Source: Macrostomum lignano (Eukaryota). From it: DNA of 64,000 bases. Shown here in pieces: positions 49,250 to 60,721 of the stretch. Position 1 is the first letter of the stretch. Each line of letters begins with the position of its first letter. The stretch is from NCBI GenBank assembly GCA_002269645.1, contig NIVC01001740.1, positions 62,001-126,000 of the forward strand, read 5' to 3'. The notes under the pieces were generated by a model. The model had not been told where the DNA came from. It saw only the letters and a list, made by a program, of their open reading frames with translations, and did not search any database. The translations under genes were made by a program, and so were the position numbers.

Positions 49250-50226
49250 TATACAGCATACAGAACAGACAATATACAGCATACAGAACAGACAACACAC
49301 AGCATACAGAACAGACAACATACAGCATACAGAACAGACAACATACAGCATACAGAACAGACAACATACAGCATACAGAACAGACAACATACAGCATACA
49401 GAACAGACAACATACAGCATACAGAACAGACAACATACAGCATACAGAACAGACAACATACAGCATACAGAACAGACAACATACAGCATACAGAACAGAC
49501 AACATACAGCATACAGAACAGACAACATACAGCATACAGAACAGACAACATACAGCATACAGAACAGACAATATACAGCATACAGAACAGACAACATACA
49601 GCATATAGAACAGACAACATACAGCATACAGAACAGACAACATACAGCATACAGAACAGACAATATACAGCATACAGAACAGACAACATACAGCATACAG
49701 AACAGACAACATACAGCATACAGAACAGACAACATACAGCATACAGAACAGACAACATACAGCATACAGAACAGACAACATACAGCATACAGAACAGACA
49801 ACATACAGCATACAGAACAGACAACATACAGCATACAGAACAGACAACATACAGCATACAGAACAGACAACATACAGCATACAGAACAGACAACATACAG
49901 CATACAGAACAGACAATATACAGCATACAGAACAGACAACATACAGCATACAGAACAGACAACATACAGCATACAGAACAGACAACATACAGCATACAGA
50001 ACAGACAATATACAGCATACAGAACAGACAACATACAGCATATAGAACAGACAACATACAGCATACAGAACAGACAATATACAGCATACAGAACAGACAA
50101 CATACAGCATACAGAACAGACAACATACAGCATATAGAACAGACAACATACAGCATACAGAACAGACAACATACAGCATACAGAACAGACAATATACAGC
50201 ATACAGAACAGACAACATACAGCATA
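49250..50226 (+). repeat. 23-bp minisatellite (ACAGCATACAGAACAGACAACAT)n, ~42 copies
   Basis: Direct reading; ends ~400 bp upstream of SLC22 paralog B. Confidence 0.98.
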
Positions 50227-50640
50227 CTCTGTCTTACTCTGTCTCCCCTGGCCAAGCAGTGAAGGCGGGCCAAACGGCTTTGTTTCAGTTTTCCTGATCG
50301 CCTCTTGGCGCGATTTATTCGCACCGCCAGCCGCGCTTCTGGCCTCTCCACTTTCTGAGGTGTTGGGGATCGTCCCACGGCCCCCCTCGCGTGATTATGC
50401 AGCTGTTGCTGCGAGCCAATCAAGCGCCTCCACCGACCCCCCCCCCCTGCAGCGAGCAAACAGAGAAGCGGCACAAGCGTGTGTGGCTCGTGGGGCTTCC
50501 TATAGAGAAGTGCAATAAAGTGAAGTGGCGAGCGAAAGAAGTTAAGAGCGGCAAAAAGAAATCTTGACAACGGCTTGCCAGTGAGCTTCTCTGCTATTGT
50601 AAGTTTCTATTTGGAAAGAACCGAGCGACAGAGCAGAGCT

Positions 50641-52368
50641 ATGCTTTACGAAGATCTGCTGACTCACATATCCAAGTCAGGCCCGGCCTACCGATGGATC
50701 ATTACCGTGCTCATCGCCTTCCTATCCATGAAGTCCGCATTCGACATGTTCGTGTTGAACCTGGCCACCGCCAGCGTGCCCTACCACTGCGCCGAAGCGC
50801 TGGTGGACGGCGCCGTGCAGCCCTGGTCGGAGGTGCTCGCCAACAACACCTTCGCTACCAATTTTAGCATCAACGATTTCACCTGTCAGCGGCCGAAGTT
50901 CGTGCGCGGCTTGGACGGCTCGCTGCACATGGCCATGGCCTCGGCGGCTGGCGGCAATGGGTCGACCGCGACGCCCAAGGAGGAGGTCTGCGGCGCCTGG
51001 ACGTTTAGGCCGGACCCGCCCGAGCGGTGGACAATGTTCATGGAGTACGAGATGGTGTGCGACCGCAAGTACCTGATGGACCGCATGCAGACCGTCATGC
51101 AGTTCGGCATCTGCCTGTCGACAATATTCGGTCCTCTGGGCGACATTCTCGGTCGGAAGCCGCTGCTCGTGGCCTTCTGCTACCTGGATCTCACCTGCAA
51201 CATAGCCGTGATCTTCGTCCGCAATCTCACCCTGCAGATGGTGCTCAGATTCTGCATGGGTTTCGGCGCGCCCGCCGTGCTCATTGGGATCATACTCATC
51301 ACGGAGCTGGTGGCGGAGGACTATCGCGGTATCCATGGCAACCTAGTCTGGACTCTGTGGGTGTTCGCTTACAGCGGCTCAGCAGCAATCAGCTACTTTA
51401 TCTACAACTGGCGCATTCAAATGGTGGTGGTCGTGCTCATCATCGGAGCGGGGTACGCCACCTACATCCCGGTGCTGCCGGAGTCACCGCGTTGGCTGCT
51501 CACTCGTGGTAAAACCAAGCGAGCTAAGAAGATTCTGAAAGAGGTCAGCAAGTACTCGGGCTGCAAAGAGGTGCTCAATGAGTTCAACTTCGAGCACAAC
51601 GAGCTGGTTGATCCACCGGAGCACACGAACGAGCGGGAGGAGCAGAGCTGCATCTTTAAGTTCATACCGCGAGAGAACCTGTGCCGCCTGGATTACCTTG
51701 TCACCGTGGGCGTTGTGACCTTCAACTTCTTCACCGTGTCGCTTGTCTACTTCGCCCTGTCGTTCAAGCGCGATTTTATCACCAATAATCCGTACCTGAA
51801 CGTGCTGATCTCTGGCCTGCTTGAGCTGCCGGCCTACATCCTGGCCTGGCAGCTCACGAACAGGGCCGGCCGCAAGTACACCTGTCTCGGCACCATGGCT
51901 TTCTGCGGTGTCGGCCTCATAATTCTGCCTTATGTGCCCACCGACCCGGAAGTGGTGTTTCAGGGCAGCAGCGTCCTGGCTATCGCCATCAAGTTCAGCG
52001 TCACCGTAGCCTTCAGCGTCCTGGCTGTCTACGGCTCCGAGGTGCTGCCAACCAAAGTTCGCAGCTGCTCATTCTTCTTCGCCTGCTTTCTGATGCGCTC
52101 GGCTCAAATCCTTGCCCCGGAGCTGGGCGGAGCTCTGGCTCAATGGTACATCCACCTGCCCTACCTGCTCTATGGTGTGATCTCGGTTCTGGCCAGCCTA
52201 GCTATCCTGCTGCTGCCCGAGACCAAGGACAAGCCCATGCCCAACACCGTGGCCGAGATGGAACAGGTGGGCTGTCCCTGCTGCGTGTCGGGCAGCGATG
52301 AGGCGGAGCGGCAGGGAGCATCGGCTGGGGAGGCCGGCGGCGAAGAGATGAAGCCGCTAAGAGTGTGA
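50641..52368 (+). CDS. SLC22-family transporter paralog B, intronless, ~575 aa
   Basis: Same motif set as paralog A, with high similarity throughout; start MLYEDLL at 50641. Confidence 0.95.
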   Translation: MLYEDLLTHISKSGPAYRWIITVLIAFLSMKSAFDMFVLNLATASVPYHCAEALVDGAVQPWSEVLANNTFATNFSINDFTCQRPKFVRGLDGSLHMAMASAAGGNGSTATPKEEVCGAWTFRPDPPERWTMFMEYEMVCDRKYLMDRMQTVMQFGICLSTIFGPLGDILGRKPLLVAFCYLDLTCNIAVIFVRNLTLQMVLRFCMGFGAPAVLIGIILITELVAEDYRGIHGNLVWTLWVFAYSGSAAISYFIYNWRIQMVVVVLIIGAGYATYIPVLPESPRWLLTRGKTKRAKKILKEVSKYSGCKEVLNEFNFEHNELVDPPEHTNEREEQSCIFKFIPRENLCRLDYLVTVGVVTFNFFTVSLVYFALSFKRDFITNNPYLNVLISGLLELPAYILAWQLTNRAGRKYTCLGTMAFCGVGLIILPYVPTDPEVVFQGSSVLAIAIKFSVTVAFSVLAVYGSEVLPTKVRSCSFFFACFLMRSAQILAPELGGALAQWYIHLPYLLYGVISVLASLAILLLPETKDKPMPNTVAEMEQVGCPCCVSGSDEAERQGASAGEAGGEEMKPLRV

Positions 52369-53849
52369 GAGTCTGCAGGGGGAGGCTGTTTTATAAAGCC
52401 AAGTTCGATCCTAGGATCCAGCAGAACTTGAGAGTGAGCGGTTTCATAAAGAAAAGTTAACCTGAAGACGATAGGTACAAACTAGCTTATATGAATCAGA
52501 AAGAGATTTTACAGAGTGATCAAAAGCTTAAATTTAGGAGGCATCGAAAATGTTTCAATACCTGATTCTACACTGTACTTATTTGCAGTCCCATGGCCAT
52601 GCAGGTTCAAATTGACTCGAATTTAATACCGAGCATTTATAAAAAACAGTCTTGGGACGCAGCTTATAAAACGCCCCCATGTTTTGAGTTTAACCGTTTG
52701 TTTTAAATTTGAAAAGGCAGTCTCAAAGTTTGTTATATTTTGTATTCGTTCGAACTAACTAGCTATCAACTCAAATTTTTTTTGCAACTTTTCAAAACGT
52801 TCATCCTTTGTTCTCATTTTTTATTATGTAAATTTGCTCTGTTGTAGATTAGAAGGCATGTTTGCTGTTCTATTTAACATATAGTTAATCCGCTTCAAAC
52901 TTTATAGATATAAACAAAGTGTTTTCGTTTTCTGTCTAAAAGATTTTTAATAGCATTCATTAATTTAAACGGATTATTTAAAAAAACAATCATATTTAAA
53001 TTAGTTGTACTTTTACTTGTAAAAAAATAATTTTTGGAATTGTTGCGTTTTTTCTTTGTTGGTAATTTTAGTTTTACAATGCTAGTTTATTAGTTTTTAG
53101 TTTTATCTGATTTTTTCGTCACTATATGTTATGTATATGCTGGCAACTTCTTTAATGTACCTAATTGTTATAATCATTGCTTATCAGTTTTATTGGACAC
53201 GATCGTATTAAAAATATATAAAATATATACATTATTTTTAACGTATTTAAAACATATTTAAAAATCATATCACCCAATTGCGCCTAAAACACAAACTTGT
53301 CATATAATGCTTTCTGTTTGTGCAACCCTTTCGCAGAAACAGAAAGAGAGTCCAGGCGATCTACTGGTCTCTGTAACCATGCTGTTTAAATTAGCCCAAC
53401 TGACGCACTGTATTGAAATTTATTTTACATTACAATTTTAACTTTAGTGGACATAGTTTAAATATATAGTTGATAAAAATATATATGTTAATACATTTAA
53501 ATACAATCAATCAAAAGGTGTACTTCTTGCGTTTGAAACAACTACGATATCACTGGAGTATCTGTCGTTGTAAGCTTTCCGACAGTTAATATCTGAAAAG
53601 ACAGCACTTACATGTATCAGTAAACTCAATAGAACAAGAATTCGGGTCTGATATGGCGGAGCCTTCGCTAAGTTAGCTTTGCTGACGGCGGCCGAGACAA
53701 AGAAAGAATTCTGTCTCAAATCGTCTTTTCTTAGCCAATAAGGAGCTGCGGTAAACGCTCGATGATAAGCGCTCTAGATAAGATTTTCGAACTCAAGTGT
53801 GCATGCTTATATCCAGCTTAATGTTTGCAGAATACTACTGATTTGCTGA

Positions 53850-54205
53850 CAGAGGCGTGATAAGGATAATATGTAACTGGTTTGTTTTTTTGAACTGGGT
53901 CTCACAGTTTTTTAAATAGAACTCAGCAGCTTTAGCACCAGGGGCTTAATAAATTAGCACCAGGGACTTTAGCACCGGGGGCTTTAGCACCAGGGGCTTT
54001 AGCACCAGGGGCTTTAGCACCAGGGGCTTTAGCACCAGGGGCTTTAGCACCAGGGGCTTTAGCACCAGGGGCTTTAGCACCAGGGGCTTTAGCACCAGGG
54101 GCTTTAGCACCAGGGGCTTTAGCACCAGGGCTTTAGCACCAGGGGCTTTAGCACCAGGGGCTTTAGCACCAGGGGCGCCATTGTCAGTGACACCATACGC
54201 CTCTG
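53850..54205. mobile_element. MITE-like shell (TIR CAGAGGCGT...ACGCCTCTG) enclosing a 15-bp array (AGCACCAGGGGCTTT)n, ~15 copies
   Basis: 9-bp perfect inverted termini at 53850-58 and 54197-205. No TSD recognised. Confidence 0.6.
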
Positions 54206-54769
54206 CTACATCTATAATGCCTGCTTAATTTTGCCCCATCGAAGCGAAAATATGAATTTATTCCTATGCTTACATCTTGATCTCATTTCTTTAAGATGCT
54301 GAACACCCTACCCTTCATTCCCTACAGAAACTGTCCAAAACTGGATTAAAACAAATTCACTCCCGGTTCGGTCGGATCTGACCTAGACTTTGCTTCCGTC
54401 CACAGAAATGTTGAAGCAAAAATCCACCCCAAAGTCTGGCACCGCAGCCCTTTGAAAATGTCACTGCATGCAGTGGCTTTGCAGGGGCACGCGGGGACAA
54501 GAGGCCAGTGCAGCGGCTTTAATCCCGATTTCGTCATGTTTCAAACTAAATAAAATTCGACCATCTGTGAAAATCTTCTAGCAGATTTTCGATATTCCTG
54601 ACTTGCATGAAGTTTAACAAAAAGATTGCATGTGCGCCTCCAGGATGTTCTTTCGCTTCCTCTCTGCCAGCTGGCTTTGCAATGCAAAAGTAAAATTTTG
54701 ACAGCAGGACAAAGCCAGATTTTTTATTGGGGTGGGGCGCTAGCGCGAGGAGATAGTAAAGTACTGAGG

Positions 54770-55750
54770 GGCTTTAGCACCAAGGGGCGCCAGCACCAAG
54801 GGGCGCCAGCACCCAGAGGCGCCAGTAACAAGGGGCGCCAGCACCAAGAGGCGCCAGCACCAAGAGGCGCCAGCACCAAGAGGCGCCAGCACCAGAGGCG
54901 CCAGCACCAGAGGCGCCAGCATCAGAGGCGCCAGCATCAATGGGGCGCCAGCACCAATAGGCTCCAGCAACAAGAGGCTCCAGCAACAAGAGGCTCCAGC
55001 AACAAGAGGCGCCAGCAACAAGAGGCTCCAGCATCAATGGGGTGCCAGCACCAAGAGGCTCCAGCATCAATGGGGTGCCAGCAACAAGAGGCTCCAGCAT
55101 CAATGGGGTGCCAGCACCAATAGGCTCCAGCAACAAGAGGCTCCAGCATCAATGGGGTGCCAGCACCAAGAGGCTCCAGCATCAATGGGGTGCCAGCACC
55201 AAGAGGCTCCAGCAACAAGAGGCTCCAGCATCAATGGGGTGCCAGCACCAAGAGGCTCCAGCAACAAGAGGCTCCAGCAACAAGAGGCTCCAGCAACAAG
55301 AGGCTCCAGCAACAAGAGGCTCCAGCAACAAGAGGCTCCAGCAACAAGAGGCTCCAGCAACAAGAGGCTCCAGCAACAAGAGGCTCCAGCAACAAGAGGC
55401 TCCAGCAACAAGAGGCGCCAGCATCAATGGGGTGCCAGCACCAATAGGCTCCAGCAACAAGAGGCTCCAGCATCAATGGGGTGCCAGCACCAAGAGGCTC
55501 CAGCATCAATGGGGTGCCAGCACCAAGAGGCTCCAGCATCAATGGGGTGCCAGCACCAAGAGGCTCCAGCAACAAGAGGCTCCAGCATCAATGGGGTGCC
55601 AGCACCAAGAGGCTCCAGCAACAAGAGGCTCCAGCAACAAGAGGCTCCAGCAACAAGAGGCTCCAGCAACAAGAGGCTCCAGCAACAAGAGGCTCCAGCA
55701 CCAAGAGGCGCCAGCAACAAGAGGCGCCAGCAACAAGAGGCGCCAGCACC
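54770..55750 (+). repeat. Composite 16-bp minisatellite (AGCACCAAGAGGCGCC to AGCAACAAGAGGCTCC, with AGCATCAATGGGGTGCC units)
   Basis: Direct reading. It starts with GGGGCTTTAGCACCAAGGGGCGCC, matching the end of the 15-bp array at ~54160-54180. Confidence 0.95.
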
Positions 55751-56244
55751 CATAGGCGCTTACAGTTCAAGCAGCTCAGGAGTGTGCAGTATTGCTTAAC
55801 GGAGATTTTTAAGCGGTGGATATCCGGCCACTTCATGGTTGAGACATCACTTTCTTAACACTGTACCTGAGCTGTATCTGAATGCGCTGAAGTCCCGATT
55901 GACAACCAGACTGTGCCATGGCCCATCACCTTGCGCACCCCGGGGTTCTCAAACTAAAATAAACAGCTGCTACATGTAGCTTGTATGAATGAATAATCAA
56001 ATTACATTATGAAGCTCCGCTTGGACTTTATCGTCAAGGTGTTGATTAGCTAGTCAGTGAAATAATCTGGCTTGTTTATTAGCACTACTCGTTAAGTATA
56101 AACTTGCAGTCGGTCTTTGATTGACAACTGCTGTGCTGTAAAATAATTATTCTGGTATTGACTTCATGCTTAAAAATTAATATATTTTCGTTAATATTTT
56201 TCTGGCGTGCATTTGCTACACTAGCCTACTCATAGTAGTTATTA

Positions 56245-56705
56245 TCGAGAAATCAATGGGGTGATTATTGAGAATTCAATGGGGTGATTATCGAGAAATC
56301 AATGGGGTGATTATCGAGATTTTTTGGGTGATAATCGAGAATTTTTTGGATGATTATCGAAAAATCAATGAGGTGATTATCGAGAAATCAATGGGATGAT
56401 TATCGAGAAATCAATGGGATGATTATCGAGAATTTTTGGGTGATTATCGAGAATTTTTTGGGTGATTATCGAAAAATCAATGAGGTGGTTATCGAGAAAT
56501 CAATTGGATGATTATTGAGAATTTTTGGGTAATTGTCGAGAAATAAATGGGGTGATTATCGAGAAATCAATAGGATGATTATCAAGAATTTTTGGGTGAT
56601 TATCGAGAATTTTTTGGGTGATTATCGAAAAATCAATGAGGTGATTATCGAGAAATCAATAGGATGATTATCGAGAAATCAATGGGGGGATTATCGAGAA
56701 ATTAA
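56245..56705 (+). repeat. 22/23-bp diverged tandem repeat built on GATTATCGAGAA with alternating AAATCAATGGG and ATTTTTTGGG tails
   Basis: Direct reading. Confidence 0.9.
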
Positions 56706-57084
56706 TATGGGACATTTTTCGCATAATTACAGATTTTCAAAGGTCTGAAAGAACTCTAGAAGCGCGACAGGCTGATTCAGAAAGTTGTGTTTACGTTTTC
56801 GTGGCTACTTCAGGTCAAAGAGTTACACCATCAGATTTCACAGAACCGGATCTCTGCCCCCCTCCCCCTACGCAACTTAGAATTAATTTTACTGTTTTTT
56901 TAAGTGCAAGTGAAACAAAAAATCTTTGTTCTTTAAGGTGGGCTGGATAAATCCGGAAATTTCCGGATTTTCGTGATTATTCATATTTTTGATCTTTTGA
57001 GTGATAAAAATATGAATATATATACAGCTACCATAAGGAAAGGCAAACTAGAACAGACGTAGACAAGTAGATTAGTAGACAAAG

Positions 57085-57345
57085 TGAACCCACGGAAGGT
57101 AGACAGGAAGACAAGGTGAATATATGGACAGGTAGACAGGTAGACAAGGGTGAATATATGGACAGGTAGACAGGTAGACAATGGTGAATATATGGACAGG
57201 TGGGCAGGGTAGACAAGCTGAATAAACGGACAAGTAGACAGGTAGACAATGGTGAATATATGGACAGGTAGGCAGGGTAGACATGCTGAATACATGGACA
57301 GGTAGGCAGGGTAGACATGCTGAATACATGGACAGGTAGGTATAG
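57085..57345 (+). repeat. Degenerate ~35-40-bp tandem repeat (GGTGAATATATGGACAGGTAGACAGGTAGACAA-like)
   Basis: Direct reading. Confidence 0.8.
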
Positions 57346-58269
57346 ATAGACAAAGTGCACACATGGACAGTAACGAGCTAGATGGAGAAATTTGTTACAA
57401 AAAAGTAAACCTATCAAGTTTCAATTGGACACATAAAAGCAGATTGATTATACAATAAATGTAACTAAGACCAAAAAGGAGGGTGGCAAGAGGGCAGATT
57501 ACAAAGCTGTCTTTCGTATCTCTCTCCCTTGAACGAAAGTTACAATATGTGAATATTATAGCCTAAAAGGATACAGTGGTGCAGCATGTACGAGTATGCA
57601 GGGTACATTGTGACATTGTGCCATCGCTGAGAAAGCAGCCGTATAATGTAATTAAGACGTTGAAAGGACGCACAGGCACACACTGAGAGAAACCCGCATA
57701 CTTGTTGGAAAAAACCCGAGAACCCGTCTAAAATTAGCGTCATGGAAAATTCCCACAGGCCGGGCGAAGGGGCGAGAAAGACAGACTGAATGAACTGTGG
57801 GTTAATGGCCGCTTGCATGCAGCTTTGAGGGGAGGCAGCGCTAGGATGCGATGAGGTTTTCCGGAGTACAGTGTGGGGCAGAGAAGCTGACAAGTAGTGT
57901 TCCGAGTGGCTGCAGACCTCAAGTGTACAATCATACAGTAATAGCCAGCAGATAAATACAATGCAATGATGCGGAGTACTGCACACTCCCAGCTCCAGCT
58001 GTTCTCGCCGTTCTCTGTCTCGCTCACTTTTTTCCGGCTGTCGCGAAACATTTTGTAGGTCAGCAGCCCCGGCCGACCATCCCATTGTTTTGCTGTAAAA
58101 CATTGCTGAAAGCACTTAAACATTTGCAGACCGTATGGTAGAGGCTGCTCAGCTATCCGAATCATCAAAGTCCGAGGGCAGTGCAAATCGGAAGCAACAA
58201 CGGTAAGTTGTTTACTGGGAGGCTTTGGGAAAAGGCAGAGTGGCCGCAATCTTTTGTTGGATAGAAAGA

Positions 58270-58435
58270 TTTTGTCCGACTGTTCTGTCTGTAAGGGGTT
58301 AAATCGTACGAGGCTCAACATAGGCTGCGTGTACTTTAACCTCGTTTCCCAGTTGGGCATATATAAGTCTGCCCGAACCGGACCAGCGCATTTCACGTAG
58401 ACCCCATCGCCACCTCGGATTGCAGACATATGAAC
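58270..58435 (-). pseudogene. Possible decayed Penelope-type reverse transcriptase fragment
   Basis: Minus strand gives LQSEVAMGST, then after a frameshift GPVRADLYMPNWETRL...LVRF. This resembles the PLE RT motif Q..GVAMGSPLxPxxANLYMxxFE...xRYxDD. Confidence 0.5.
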
Positions 58436-58469
58436 AGGCTGGATCGCCAGATTAAAATAGTCAGTAGAG

Positions 58470-60332
58470 ATGAATTACGAAGAACTGCTGAAGCAAATCT
58501 CCAAGTCGGGGCCCGGCTACCGCTGGACCATCACCATCCTGCTGTCCGTGCTGTCCATGAAGTCCGCATTCGACATGTTCGTGACGAACTTGGCTACGGC
58601 TAGCGTGCCGTTCCACTGCGCCCAAGCGATCGTGGACAATCAGACTTTGTCCTGGACTGACGTCCTTGCAAATAACAGCTTCGCGTTGAATTTTAGCATC
58701 GAGCAGTTCACCTGCAGAGCGCCGAGGTTCTGGCGCGGCGCTGACGGTCTGTTGAACCTGGAGGATGACTTTCAGAACAATTCGAGCTCCGCTGCCGCCA
58801 CCGGGACTGAGAAGTGCGAGGCGTGGCAGTTCAACCCCGACCACCCGGACCGGTGGACCATGCTGATCGAGTACGAAATGGTCTGCGATAGGCAGTATCT
58901 CAACGACCGAATGCAGACGGTGCTGCAGTTCGGCGTCTTCCTGTCCACCCTGGTCGGGCCTCTGGGCGATCTGCTCGGCCGCAAGACAGTGCTTGTGGCT
59001 TTCTGCTACCTCAACCTGGCATGCAACCTGGCTGTGGTCTTCGTCAAGGATCTCACCGCCCAGATGGTGCTCAGATTCTTCATGGGCTGTGGCGACCCCG
59101 CCCTGCTCATGGGCCTCATACTCATCACGGAGCTGGTCGGGGAAAACTACCGCAGCCTGCACGGCAACATGTTCTGGATGACCTGGGTGGTGGCCTACAG
59201 CAGCTCTGCCGCAATTAGCTACTACATGCTGAACTGGCGACACCAGATGATGGCCGTGGTGGTCATCACGGGCCTGAGCTTCGCCACCTACATCCCGGTG
59301 CTGCCCGAGTCGCCTCGCTGGCTGCTCACCCGGGGCAAGACGCGTCGGGCGGAGAAAATCCTCCGACAGGTGTGCAAATTTTCAGGCTGCCCGAACGCGT
59401 TGGACAAGTTCGAACTGACCGACAACGAATTTGTCAACAGCGGCGAAGACTCCGCGTCCTCAAGGCGCATCCTCAAGTGCCTGCCCAAGGAGAACATCTT
59501 CAACGCCGATTATTTGATCACCCTGGCCGTGGTTACTGTCAACTTTTTCACCGCCGCATTTGTCTATCACGCCATGTGCTTTCAGCGCGACTTCATCACC
59601 TTGGATCCGTACCTGAACGTGCTCATCTCCGGCCTGTTGGAGGTGCCGGCCTACCTCATCGCCTGGCAGATGATCAATCGAATTGGTAGGAAGCCAACCA
59701 CCGTGATCACCATGTGCTTCTGCGGCCTGGGCCTCATCCTCATGCCATTCATTCCCAGAGACCCCAGCGTGGTGTTCCAGGCGCACAGCTGCGTGGCCAT
59801 CGCGGTGAAGTTCAGCATCACCGTCGCCTACAGCGAGCTGAACGTCTACGGCTCCGAGGTGCTGCCCACGACCGTGCGCAGCTGCTCGCTGTTCTTTGCA
59901 TTCAGCGTGATGGGCCTCGGCCAGTTCATGGCCCCGGAGCTGGGCGGCATCCTGTCACAAGTGTACCCGCACCTGCCCAGCCTGCTGTACGGATCGGTCA
60001 CCGTCTTGGCCGGCCTGGCGGCGCTGCTACTGCCGGAGTCGCGTGGCCGCGCCATGCCAAACACCGTAGCGCAGATGCGGCCTGTCGGCTGCCGTTGCGG
60101 CGGGCGCGGCGGCGCTTTGAGCACCGGCTCCGCTTTAAACGATGACGTCATCAGCATCGACATGGAGCAGCGGGCGGAGCAGCCGAAGGAGGAGGAGGAC
60201 GATGAAGACGACAGCAGCCAAGAGTATCCGGGCGGATCCAGCGACGAAGAGGAGATCAAACTGCAGAAGAAGTCGTCAAAGCCGAAGTCACAATCGAAGC
60301 AGAGCGACCAGATGAAAGTGGAGCTGGCTTGA
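58470..60332 (+). CDS. SLC22-family transporter paralog C, intronless, 620 aa, with an acidic C-terminal extension
   Basis: Same motif set (GDLLGRK, PESPRWL, EVLPTTVR, LLPESR); AATAAA at 60335-60340 just after the stop. Confidence 0.95.
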   Translation: MNYEELLKQISKSGPGYRWTITILLSVLSMKSAFDMFVTNLATASVPFHCAQAIVDNQTLSWTDVLANNSFALNFSIEQFTCRAPRFWRGADGLLNLEDDFQNNSSSAAATGTEKCEAWQFNPDHPDRWTMLIEYEMVCDRQYLNDRMQTVLQFGVFLSTLVGPLGDLLGRKTVLVAFCYLNLACNLAVVFVKDLTAQMVLRFFMGCGDPALLMGLILITELVGENYRSLHGNMFWMTWVVAYSSSAAISYYMLNWRHQMMAVVVITGLSFATYIPVLPESPRWLLTRGKTRRAEKILRQVCKFSGCPNALDKFELTDNEFVNSGEDSASSRRILKCLPKENIFNADYLITLAVVTVNFFTAAFVYHAMCFQRDFITLDPYLNVLISGLLEVPAYLIAWQMINRIGRKPTTVITMCFCGLGLILMPFIPRDPSVVFQAHSCVAIAVKFSITVAYSELNVYGSEVLPTTVRSCSLFFAFSVMGLGQFMAPELGGILSQVYPHLPSLLYGSVTVLAGLAALLLPESRGRAMPNTVAQMRPVGCRCGGRGGALSTGSALNDDVISIDMEQRAEQPKEEEDDEDDSSQEYPGGSSDEEEIKLQKKSSKPKSQSKQSDQMKVELA

Positions 60333-60721
60333 GTAATAAATTACACTTTTGAAGGCCGATTTTTGAATTCAAAATAACTGTGTGGAAATCCAAGCAAAGC
60401 GCTGAAAAGGACAGGACAGCATTATAGCTACTCAAGTCGTTGTCCTTAAAAGAAAAAAAAATTGTTTAAAAAATCGGCCTTCAAAAATTTCTTATTTAGA
60501 GAAGCTGCTGCACTGCAAAATGCGCCACAGCTCGTAAATCGTTTTTCTACACTTTTCTAATTAGTTTTGCTTAGATCTTAAGCACGCGCGTGTGTAGCAA
60601 CTGTTTAGCCGCTTAAAATAGACATTTATCATTTTTTACGGTAGCCATCAATAAATGCACTTTTAAAAATGCTGCGGTTACGGCTGGTGCAATCCGAGAT
60701 GCTCAATGCAATGTTCAACCA

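Noticed and set aside
48987-50570. 527-aa Cys/Leu/Val-rich ORF
   Set aside because: It is mostly the reverse strand of the 23-bp minisatellite.
57740-58429. 229-aa ORF as an intact gene
   Set aside because: Its N-terminal part is better explained as a frameshifted Penelope RT relic, and the remainder has no recognisable features.
43041-60259. Antisense and alternate-frame ORFs overlapping the SLC22 and GPCR exons
   Set aside because: These are expected shadows of GC-rich coding sequence, with no motifs of their own.
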